64,000 bases of DNA from a virus, in the IMG/VR virus record IMGVR_UViG_3300036760_001538, positions 2,556 through 66,555 of that record; one strand, written 5' to 3'. Below are positions 34,419 through 41,679 of the stretch, one piece after another. The position numbers and the translations under genes are program-made. Below the pieces are notes generated by a model, which saw only the letters and a list, made by a program, of their open reading frames with translations, did no database searches and was not told the DNA's origin. Each line of letters starts with the position of its first letter. The first letter of the stretch is position 1.

Positions 34419-34646
34419 ATGTCCGATTTCATCGACGAACTACTGCGTGGAAGGAGGAAAGGGCACCGCATCCGGCCCGGCTTCATGGAAGAGGCGAGCG
34501 CCGCGATTATGCGGGCCGCTGGCACGCCGGAGGCCCGGCGGACCCTCCAGCGCTATCTCCGACGAGCCCGAGGCGGCCTGGAGCGCGCCCAGCTCATGCG
34601 CATGGAGGAGATGCTTGTCATGGCGGAGGGCGCCGGCGAGGATTGA
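34419..34646 (+). CDS. Small helical protein (candidate immunity protein)
   Basis: Starts 2 bp after the MuF stop; 75 aa. Confidence 0.55.
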   Translation: MSDFIDELLRGRRKGHRIRPGFMEEASAAIMRAAGTPEARRTLQRYLRRARGGLERAQLMRMEEMLVMAEGAGED

Positions 34647-34738
34647 CAAGCCCCCTCGGATCAGGTCAGGGGCGGACAGCAAGGCGCTGGCACGCAGCAG
34701 ACCACCCCGCCCGGGACACAGGCCGCGGGAAGAGGGTA

Positions 34739-34766
34739 TTGACACCTGGCCCGGGTGCGATAGAAT
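34739..34766 (+). promoter_or_regulatory. sigma70 promoter of the capsid operon leader
   Basis: TTGACA, 16 bp spacer, TAGAAT. Confidence 0.7.
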
Positions 34767-34771
34767 AGGGT

Positions 34772-34875
34772 GAACTGAATAGCATACCGCCGACTCGATA
34801 ACGAGAGGCGGGCTTTCTGAGAGCTGTGCCTGGTAGCCCCAGGCGGCTCAGAGAAAGCCCGCCTCTTTGCTTTTT
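34772..34875 (+). ncRNA. Structured leader element copy 3 (antiterminator/terminator switch) upstream of the capsid operon
   Basis: GAACTGAATAG; CCGCC-GA-CTCG-ATAA-CGAG-A-GGCGG overlapping a 15-bp terminator stem (34804-34818/34852-34866) followed by TTGCTTTTT. Confidence 0.7.
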
Positions 34876-34890
34876 CAGGAGATGCTGGAG

Positions 34891-35244
34891 ATGGCGATCC
34901 GGATTGACAACTCGACGGTTTCGGACAAGGCGTGGGGCGACGTGGACAAGGCCGCCCTGGCGCGGCGGCTTGCTGAGAACGGCGACGCCGCCGTGATACG
35001 GGAAGCCTTTGCCTACGTGCCTGACCTGGAGAACCGCAGCGAGTGGGGCGGGCCGCACCACGAACTCCAGGGAGACACCCTGGTGGTGAACCGCAACGGC
35101 GTGCATGCGCTCGCAGCCGCGCTGTCCGGCGCGCGCGGCGGGGTGAAGTGGCCTCGCTCGGCGCGGGTGGCAGCGCTGGCCCACGTCCGCAAGCACTACG
35201 GCGCAACGGATGAGGAGCCGCCGGAGGGCATGAGTGCCGAGTAA
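34891..35244 (+). CDS. Conserved head-module hypothetical protein
   Basis: WGDVDK...PHHE...VNRNGVHALAAAL...HVRKHY; AGGAG RBS. Confidence 0.65.
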   Translation: MAIRIDNSTVSDKAWGDVDKAALARRLAENGDAAVIREAFAYVPDLENRSEWGGPHHELQGDTLVVNRNGVHALAAALSGARGGVKWPRSARVAALAHVRKHYGATDEEPPEGMSAE

Positions 35245-35340
35245 CGGCTTCCCGCCATAGGCGGGCAAGCCTCTGAGATAACCGCTCGCCGGAGCGATAT
35301 CCGGCGCACCCGCCGCGGGGCGTTAAACCGGAGGGAGACC

Positions 35341-36204
35341 ATGAGCGAAGGAACCGAGAACCAGCAGGGACAGCAAGGAACTGGCAGCCAGGGTCAGGCC
35401 GACGCCCAGTCGGTCGGCTCAGAGCAGGCCGTCCAGGGCGCTAACGCCGCTCAGTCGGCAAGCGCCGGGCAGGCGGGCCAGCCCGCCGCGCAGACAGGCC
35501 AGTCCAGCACAGGCGGACAGCAACCTGCCCAGGGACAGCAAGCCGAGGGTGCCCAGACCCGCCAGACTGAGGGCGGGCAAGCTCAATCGCAAACGCCGGC
35601 GACACAGGCGAAGGGCATTCAGGTGAAGCTGAGCCAGGAGCAGATCGACCGCCTGGTCAAGGACGGCACCCTGGAGTTGAGCGACGACACGTTCACCGGC
35701 GCGGTGCGGGATCGCATTGCGCAGTTGACTGCCCGCGCGAAGGGTGCCGAGCGGCGGCTGGCCGAGATCGCCGCCGCGCAGGAAGAGACCGAGCGTAAAG
35801 CCCTGGAGGAGCAGGAGCGCTTCAAGGAGCTTTACGAGAAGGAGCGCCAGGCGCGGGAGAAAGAGGCATCCGGCCGTAAGGACGACGCCATCCGCGCTCG
35901 CTTCCTGCTCGCTGCTCAATCGAAGGGAATCGTTGATCCCGATGTCGCCTTCATCATCGCCAGGTCGCTGCCTCCTTTCGGAGCGGTGCAGGTGGATGAT
36001 GAGGGCAAGGTCACGGGGATCGACGAGGTCGTCGAGACGCTGGTCAAAGAGAAGCCCTACCTGGTCTCCCAGCCACAACAGCAACCCAAGCCGCAGAGCG
36101 TGGGGGCGGCAAGCAACCCGGCTCAGCAGAGCCCGCCGCCTCCCAAGAATCTCGCCGAGGCCGGAGATCGCCTGGAGCAAGCATTGCGCACCGGCGTGAC
36201 CTAA
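35341..36204 (+). CDS. Capsid scaffolding protein
   Basis: Q/G-rich N-terminus, coiled coil, LVKEKPYLV; directly upstream of the major capsid gene. Confidence 0.75.
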   Translation: MSEGTENQQGQQGTGSQGQADAQSVGSEQAVQGANAAQSASAGQAGQPAAQTGQSSTGGQQPAQGQQAEGAQTRQTEGGQAQSQTPATQAKGIQVKLSQEQIDRLVKDGTLELSDDTFTGAVRDRIAQLTARAKGAERRLAEIAAAQEETERKALEEQERFKELYEKERQAREKEASGRKDDAIRARFLLAAQSKGIVDPDVAFIIARSLPPFGAVQVDDEGKVTGIDEVVETLVKEKPYLVSQPQQQPKPQSVGAASNPAQQSPPPPKNLAEAGDRLEQALRTGVT

Positions 36205-36213
36205 CCCGGCACA

Positions 36214-36239
36214 CCCGCCGTCGCCAAGGCTATGGCGGG
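36214..36239 (-). repeat. REP-like palindrome family B (intergenic)
   Basis: Reverse complement reads CCCGCC-ATAGCCTTGGCGAC-GGCGGG. Confidence 0.6.
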
Positions 36240-36257
36240 CTAAAGAAGGAGTGAGAA

Positions 36258-37196
36258 ATGGCTGCGACCACAACCACGCTGGCCGAACTGATCGTCCAGC
36301 TCTACAAAGGGCCGTGGGTGGAGGCCCTGTTCACCAACACCTTCCTGCTCGCGCGCATCGGACAGAAGCCAGGGGCGGGCGAGGGAGTTCGCTGGCCGGT
36401 GCGCTATGCCGGCAACAGCTCGGCTGGGTCCTACGCGGAGGGCGACTCCGGGGCGGGCGCGGGCAACCAGGGCTTCAAGAAAGCCTTCCTGGGCTGGAGA
36501 CTCAACAAGGTCGAGGTGGAGGTCTCCGGCCTGGCGCAAGCGGTAGGTGATGCAGGCGGGATGATCGTCCCCGCACTGCGCACCGAGCTTGACCTGGGCC
36601 TCTCCGACGTCCGGGGCAACATCAACACCCAGTTGATGTCCGATGGCACCGGCAACTCGGGCAAGGACATCACCGGCCTGTTCGCGGGGATTGCCGACAC
36701 CGGCACTTACGCCGGTCTGGATCGCGGCACCTATACTTGGTGGAAGGCCTACGTCAACGCCAACGGCGGCACCCCGCGCAACCTCACCGAGGAGCTGATG
36801 CGGGATGTGAAGTCGGCCGCGGAGGCGCGAGGCGGACGCATCAAGGCCATCTACTGCGGCTCCAAGCAGTGGTATCGCTACGGCGACTTGCTGCGCGCTG
36901 AGCGGCGTCAGTTCACCCCGTTCACGGTGAGCCAACAGCAGACTGCCAACGGCCTGACGGGCGGCTACCAGGCGCTGGACTTCGAGGGCGTGCCGGTGAT
37001 CAAGGTGCCCGGTTATCCGCAGACCCGGATGGACTTCGTGGACGAGGAGTTGCTTGAGTACGTGGTGCTCAAGGACTTCGAGGCCAAGCCCATGGCGAAG
37101 ACCAAGGACTCCGACGTGATCTGGGTCACCCACTATAGCCAACTGGTCTGCCGGAACCCCTACCGCATGGGGAGCCTGCAAGACCTGGCGCAGTAA
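36258..37196 (+). CDS. Major capsid protein
   Basis: 312 aa after the scaffold; DGTGNSGKDITGL, FEGVPV, LVCRNP. Confidence 0.85.
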   Translation: MAATTTTLAELIVQLYKGPWVEALFTNTFLLARIGQKPGAGEGVRWPVRYAGNSSAGSYAEGDSGAGAGNQGFKKAFLGWRLNKVEVEVSGLAQAVGDAGGMIVPALRTELDLGLSDVRGNINTQLMSDGTGNSGKDITGLFAGIADTGTYAGLDRGTYTWWKAYVNANGGTPRNLTEELMRDVKSAAEARGGRIKAIYCGSKQWYRYGDLLRAERRQFTPFTVSQQQTANGLTGGYQALDFEGVPVIKVPGYPQTRMDFVDEELLEYVVLKDFEAKPMAKTKDSDVIWVTHYSQLVCRNPYRMGSLQDLAQ

Positions 37197-37207
37197 GGAG
37201 GTGAGAC

Positions 37208-37510
37208 ATGGCGAGCGTCGCGCGGATCATCTCTGACTGCCGGGACGGGCGCAAGATCGCCCGCGGGGTGACCTCGGTCACCGGGTCGGCCACCAACATC
37301 GCCACCGGGCTTTCCCAGGTGGAGGATGTGCTGGTCTCGATCAAGCGGTCGACCGCTCCGGCCCTGGAGGTCGCGTTGGCGACCTGGGGACTGGGCGGAG
37401 CCGCGGGTCAGATCAACCTCTACTGCTGGAAGCACACGGCGGCCAACGACTGCACGCTGATCGCTGCCACGGTTGCTGTAGACGTGGAGTGGCTGGCGAT
37501 CGGCAAGTGA
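37208..37510 (+). CDS. Putative head decoration/structural protein
   Basis: AAGGAGG RBS; beta-rich, ends VEWLAIGK. Confidence 0.6.
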   Translation: MASVARIISDCRDGRKIARGVTSVTGSATNIATGLSQVEDVLVSIKRSTAPALEVALATWGLGGAAGQINLYCWKHTAANDCTLIAATVAVDVEWLAIGK

Positions 37511-37560
37511 ACGACCGGGGCCGGTTGAGCCCGGCCCCGGACTGACTCTGGGAGGTCAAC

Positions 37561-37929
37561 ATGCGAAAGGAAACGAGCATCCTGCCTGGGGACGCCGAGA
37601 GCGATCCCACCGCAGGCCAAGAGCCGGCAGTGAACGAGGCAGGGGTTGCGACGGCAGAACCAACGCCCGTGCCAACGAGAGGGAAGCCGGGCAGGCTCGC
37701 CGCCTTGATGGCGTTGGAGGAACCGGCGCGCACTGAGGCCTTGGAGAAGGCCGCGAACTCCGGCCTCACTGTGAACCTGCGCAGCAGGACGGGCGAGGAC
37801 GTGCGCTGGCGCTACGGCGAGCACATCCTGACGGTGCCGCCGACGCCCAAGCCGTTCGCTGCTCCGCATGCGATTCACCTGCTCTTCTGCGCGGCCGACT
37901 TGGTGGAGGAAGTCGAAGACACTCCATAG
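37561..37929 (+). CDS. Hypothetical protein
   Basis: GGAGG RBS; stop codon falls inside a family B repeat. Confidence 0.55.
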   Translation: MRKETSILPGDAESDPTAGQEPAVNEAGVATAEPTPVPTRGKPGRLAALMALEEPARTEALEKAANSGLTVNLRSRTGEDVRWRYGEHILTVPPTPKPFAAPHAIHLLFCAADLVEEVEDTP

Positions 37930-37966
37930 CCTTCATGCGCCTTGCGCGCATTGGCGACGGAGTGTC
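37918..37966 (+). repeat. REP-like palindrome family B with an internal extra hairpin
   Basis: GACACTCC-ATAGCCTT-[CATGCGCCTTGCGCGCAT]-TGGCGAC-GGAGTGTC. Confidence 0.55.
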
Positions 37967-37978
37967 GAGGGGTAAGCG

Positions 37979-38569
37979 ATGGCCATCGACGCGACGCCGG
38001 GAGGCGAGAGCAGCAACTCCTATGTGACGCTCCAGGAGGCGGAGGCCTACTTCGCCGACCGTTTGCGCGTCGATGCGTGGAGTGGCGCGAGCAGCGCGGA
38101 CAAGGAGAAGGCGCTGTTGACAGCCTGCCGCCACGTCGAGGCCTGCCGCATCCGGGTTCATAGACGGCCTCACGGCTATCCCGGCGAGCCGCCGGACGCG
38201 ATGGGCCGGCCCTATGATCCGCTCGCTCCTTCCAACCCCAATCAAGCGCTCTCCTTCCCGCGCCAGCGGGACAAGGACAGCGATGGCAACTACGCCATCC
38301 CCAAGCGTGTGAAAGATGCGCAGCGCGAAGAGGCGCTGGCGCTGCTGGCGCGAGGGGCCGAGCACGAACGCAGGCGCGCCTTGCAGGCTGCGGGCGTGTC
38401 CTCATTCTCGGTGGATGGGCTGAGCGAATCCTATGGCTCGCCAGCCACAGCGCATCCGTTAGAAAGCGCAGAGGCAAGGGCATTGCTCGGACCTCTTGTC
38501 GACAAAGGTGGTGTGATCGCTACTTCAGATCTTCCCGACGGCGAGTGGTCGCCAGGGAGCGCGACATGA
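37979..38569 (+). CDS. Head-tail connector (DnaT-like family)
   Basis: NSYVTLQEAEAYF...QALSFPR...IPKRVKDAQ. Confidence 0.8.
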   Translation: MAIDATPGGESSNSYVTLQEAEAYFADRLRVDAWSGASSADKEKALLTACRHVEACRIRVHRRPHGYPGEPPDAMGRPYDPLAPSNPNQALSFPRQRDKDSDGNYAIPKRVKDAQREEALALLARGAEHERRRALQAAGVSSFSVDGLSESYGSPATAHPLESAEARALLGPLVDKGGVIATSDLPDGEWSPGSAT

Positions 38570-38871
38570 TCGGGGACTACCTGGCTCAGGACATCTGGCG
38601 CAAGGCGAGGACAGGCGTTGACGGTTACGGCCAGCCGACCTTCGGCGCGGCGGTTCAGACGAAAGGCCGCTGGCTGGAGAAGCGCCGTCTCGTTCGGAAC
38701 GCCGAGGGCGAGCAGGTGATCTCGGAGGTCACCGTCAGCCTGAAGCCTGATGAGCCAGCGGTTGTCGGAGATCAACTGTCTGCCGACGGTGCGACTTACC
38801 TGGATGTGATCGCCGTCTCGGTCTCCCGAGGTCTGGGAGGCGAGGCGGCTCTGAAGAGGGCCTATCTGTAG
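38566..38871 (+). CDS. Head closure/stopper protein
   Basis: GVDGYGQPTF...LVRNAEGEQVIS; position after the connector. Confidence 0.7.
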   Translation: MIGDYLAQDIWRKARTGVDGYGQPTFGAAVQTKGRWLEKRRLVRNAEGEQVISEVTVSLKPDEPAVVGDQLSADGATYLDVIAVSVSRGLGGEAALKRAYL

Positions 38872-38892
38872 GCTCGAACGGAGGAACGCAAG

Positions 38893-39093
38893 ATGGGACT
38901 CAACTGGAAACTGACCCTGACCAAAGGGCTTGTTGTAGGAGCGCTGGCTGCACTGGGAGTCTGGGCTGCCGATATTCAGTCGGTGTCCGCCTGGTGGGCC
39001 GGCGCGGCGGTACTGGCTATCGAGGCCGTGCGCGATCTGGTCAAGTCGCGCTTCGGCAGTTTCCCTGGCCGGGCAGGCGTTCCAAGCGGATAG
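38893..39093 (+). CDS. Small two-helix membrane protein (holin-like)
   Basis: GGAGG RBS; two hydrophobic helices. Confidence 0.55.
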   Translation: MGLNWKLTLTKGLVVGALAALGVWAADIQSVSAWWAGAAVLAIEAVRDLVKSRFGSFPGRAGVPSG

Positions 39094-39096
39094 CCC

Positions 39097-39600
39097 ATGC
39101 CCACCATTCGCCGCCAAACCTACGGCAAGTTCGGAGTCGCCCTCAAGGGGCTGGAGGAACTCTCGCGGCAGATCGCTCGCGACGGCGAGGTGTGGCAGCG
39201 CGTTCAACAGGCCGCCGTCAAGGGCATGATCGAGAACACCGAAGACCTGCTCGGTCGGGCCATGCGGGACGCTCCGGTTGATGAGGGGACGCTGCGCGCC
39301 AGCGGCTCGGCGGCGGTCTACGCGAATGGCCGGGCGGTCGCTCGTCGCGGGTTCCGTGAGGTTGGCGGACAGCCCGAGGCTCCGGAGATGGTGGAGCGCA
39401 AGGTGGTCGAGGGCGGCCTGGGCGACGCGGTGGTGGGCGAGGTGGGCTTCAACACTCCGTATGCGCTGGTGCAGCACGAGCGCCTGGACTTCAACCATCC
39501 CAAGGGCGGGAAGGCCAAGTACCTGGAGGACAATCTCAAGGAGCAGGCTGACCGCTACCAGGGCAACCTGAACGACCATCTGCGAGGGGCGCTTGCATGA
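39097..39600 (+). CDS. HK97 gp10-like tail completion/neck protein
   Basis: APVDEGTLRAS...NTPYALVQHE...KAKYLE. Confidence 0.8.
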   Translation: MPTIRRQTYGKFGVALKGLEELSRQIARDGEVWQRVQQAAVKGMIENTEDLLGRAMRDAPVDEGTLRASGSAAVYANGRAVARRGFREVGGQPEAPEMVERKVVEGGLGDAVVGEVGFNTPYALVQHERLDFNHPKGGKAKYLEDNLKEQADRYQGNLNDHLRGALA

Positions 39601-39998
39601 GCCTGCTCATTGACCAACTGGCAACCTACCTGGAGAGCCAGGGCGAGGGAACGGTGGGGACAGACATCTTCAAGCTTCACCGGCCCTCCTCGCCGCTTGC
39701 CTGCGTGAGCCTGCACGCCACCGGGGGCTATCCGCCTGACCGATACACGGAGCGCGAGCACCCCACAGTGATGCTCTTCGCGCGGGCGGCGACTCCTGAT
39801 GCAGCCCTGCGAAAGGCCTACAGCCTCTACGGCAGGCTGCACCGCAAGCAGAACCTGGACCTGGGCGGAGGCCTGTGGGCGCTCACCATCGAGGCGGTGG
39901 CCAGCCCCGCATACACGGGGACCGAACAGGCCGCCAACCAGACTGCGCACCTCGCATCTTTCAACATCGCCCTTGATCTGCGGAGGCCGTCTTCGTAG
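39597..39998 (+). CDS. Tail terminator-like protein
   Basis: Position before the tail tube gene; YLESQG.GTVGTDIF pattern. Confidence 0.7.
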   Translation: MSLLIDQLATYLESQGEGTVGTDIFKLHRPSSPLACVSLHATGGYPPDRYTEREHPTVMLFARAATPDAALRKAYSLYGRLHRKQNLDLGGGLWALTIEAVASPAYTGTEQAANQTAHLASFNIALDLRRPSS

Positions 39999-40019
39999 GC
40001 GGGGCAGGGAGGAAACAAC

Positions 40020-40838
40020 GTGGCAACCATCACCGACGTATATCCGAGCTACGCGAAAGCGGGAGACTCGGCGATCAAGATCATCGGGACCGGCTTCCTG
40101 GATGCGCCGAGCGAGACCAAGGTCTACCACCGCAAGCACGGCCAGACCGCCTGGGAGAACGTTGACCCATCGCGCGTGACGTACGTCTCGGCGACGGAAC
40201 TCACCATCGCCATCGACGCGGCCAACACTGACGGCTTGGACAACGGCCTCAACGACGTGGGCGTTTCTGATTCCGGAGAGAGCACGCCGGACGGTTCCGT
40301 CGCCCAGGCGCTGTTCTTCTTCACCGCAGGCGCGTTCGCGCCCGACGACGTGATCAAGGGAGCGGTGGAGGAGCTCTACATCGAGGGGCTGTTCATGGGC
40401 CACACCCACGGCTCCCTCGATGTGGAGCATGGCGTCGAGACCTCGGACATCGAGGTCGACCAGTCGCTGCTTCCGGTGCGCACCATCAAGGCGGGCGAGA
40501 CCTTTTCGCTCGCGGTGCCGCTGGCGGAAGTGACGCTCGAGCACATCAAGGAAGTGTGGGGCATCTCGGCTTCCATCGAGGACCTCGGCACCGGACGCCG
40601 GCGTTTGACCTTCGGCGGCGACACCGCGATCACCGAGAAGTCGGTGATGCTGGTGCTGCCGGCCGGTTCCGGCAAGAAGTTCGCCCTGACCTTCTACCGC
40701 TGCGCGGTGCTGGCCTCGGGCACGCTCTCCTGGAGCAAGGAGGAGCAGGTTGACCTGCCAGTTCAGCTCACCGTGCTGGCAGACACCAGCCGACCTGCCG
40801 GTGACCAGGTTGGACGGTGGGAGGAGTACACCGCGTAG
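40020..40838 (+). CDS. Major tail tube protein with N-terminal IPT/TIG-like domain
   Basis: TITDVYPS...IKIIGTGF...YVSATELTI; MGHTHGSL...PLAEVTLE tube-like C-terminal half. Confidence 0.75.
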   Translation: MATITDVYPSYAKAGDSAIKIIGTGFLDAPSETKVYHRKHGQTAWENVDPSRVTYVSATELTIAIDAANTDGLDNGLNDVGVSDSGESTPDGSVAQALFFFTAGAFAPDDVIKGAVEELYIEGLFMGHTHGSLDVEHGVETSDIEVDQSLLPVRTIKAGETFSLAVPLAEVTLEHIKEVWGISASIEDLGTGRRRLTFGGDTAITEKSVMLVLPAGSGKKFALTFYRCAVLASGTLSWSKEEQVDLPVQLTVLADTSRPAGDQVGRWEEYTA

Positions 40839-40942
40839 CGTGAGCGCATGACCAGATGAGCCGGGGACAGCCGGGCTTCGCAGGCGGCTCGCAGCATTGC
40901 CTGGCCGTCCCCGGTCACAGACCTGTGGAGGCAACGAAGAGC

Positions 40943-41356
40943 ATGACAGAGATAGACATCAAGCCACCGACTCCGGATGAAGTCGTGATGCCCCAGGAGC
41001 GGCGCTTCCAGGTTGGCGAGCGTGAGATCGTGGTTCGCCCCCTGGTGATCGGCGACTTCAAGCGCATCGCGGCAGATCTGGGCGCGATCGCACAGCGAGT
41101 GGCACGGGAGCATCCAGAGATTGATCTCGCCAAACCGGACGAGCACCTGGAGGCGATCTTCCCGATCCTGGGCGAGGCCGTCGGGCGGCTGTTCCAGCGT
41201 CTCTTCGGGGTCGAGGAAGCCTACCTGGACGAGCACCTGACCCTGGCGCAGGCGGCGCAGATCATCGCCGCCGCGCTGGAAGTCAACCAGCTCCCGGACA
41301 TCCGAAAAAACGTGGGGCGCGCCCTCCAGTTAGCGAAGACAACGGCGATTCCCTGA
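40943..41356 (+). CDS. Tail assembly chaperone (gpG-like)
   Basis: Between tube and tape measure genes; slippery site near the 3' end. Confidence 0.75.
   Translation: MTEIDIKPPTPDEVVMPQERRFQVGEREIVVRPLVIGDFKRIAADLGAIAQRVAREHPEIDLAKPDEHLEAIFPILGEAVGRLFQRLFGVEEAYLDEHLTLAQAAQIIAAALEVNQLPDIRKNVGRALQLAKTTAIP
41305..41311 (+). other. -1 ribosomal frameshift slippery site
   Basis: A AAA AAC in the frame of CGA AAA AAC; the -1 frame is open to 41679. Confidence 0.8.
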
Positions 41357-41679
41357 GTCTGGGCTGGGCGGGCGCGTTCGATCTGCTGCAGAGCGAGTAC
41401 GGGTGGACGCACGAGTACATCCTTTGGCACGCAACCCCGGCGCAGGCGCTGGTGTGGGCGGAATGCATCCGCCGCAGGCGAGCGCTGTGTCTCGCCGAGG
41501 AGGCGGAGTTGGCCTATATCGCGGCCGCGGCGGCACAGGGAGGCAAGAAGGCCTACCAGGCGCTGCGCTCGGTCGTGCGCAGGCTGCGTAGAGACGCGGG
41601 CGCCGTCACGTCCACGAAGCCAGAGGAACTCGCGCGCTCGCTGGGGCTGACTGACCGCAGACGAGAGAAGACAGAATGA
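41311..41679 (+). CDS. gpGT-like frameshift extension of the tail chaperone
   Basis: -1 frame reads RGARPP...AFDLLQSEYGWTHEYILW... and joins ORF 41452-41679. Confidence 0.7.
   Translation, partial: RGARPPVSEDNGDSLSLGWAGAFDLLQSEYGWTHEYILWHATPAQALVWAECIRRRRALCLAEEAELAYIAAAAAQGGKKAYQALRSVVRRLRRDAGAVTSTKPEELARSLGLTDRRREKTE

Noticed and set aside
37515-37540. 10-bp GC hairpin after the capsid genes (and a similar one at 40861-40914) as terminators
   Set aside because: No U-tract; may be mRNA-stabilising hairpins, but function is not supportable
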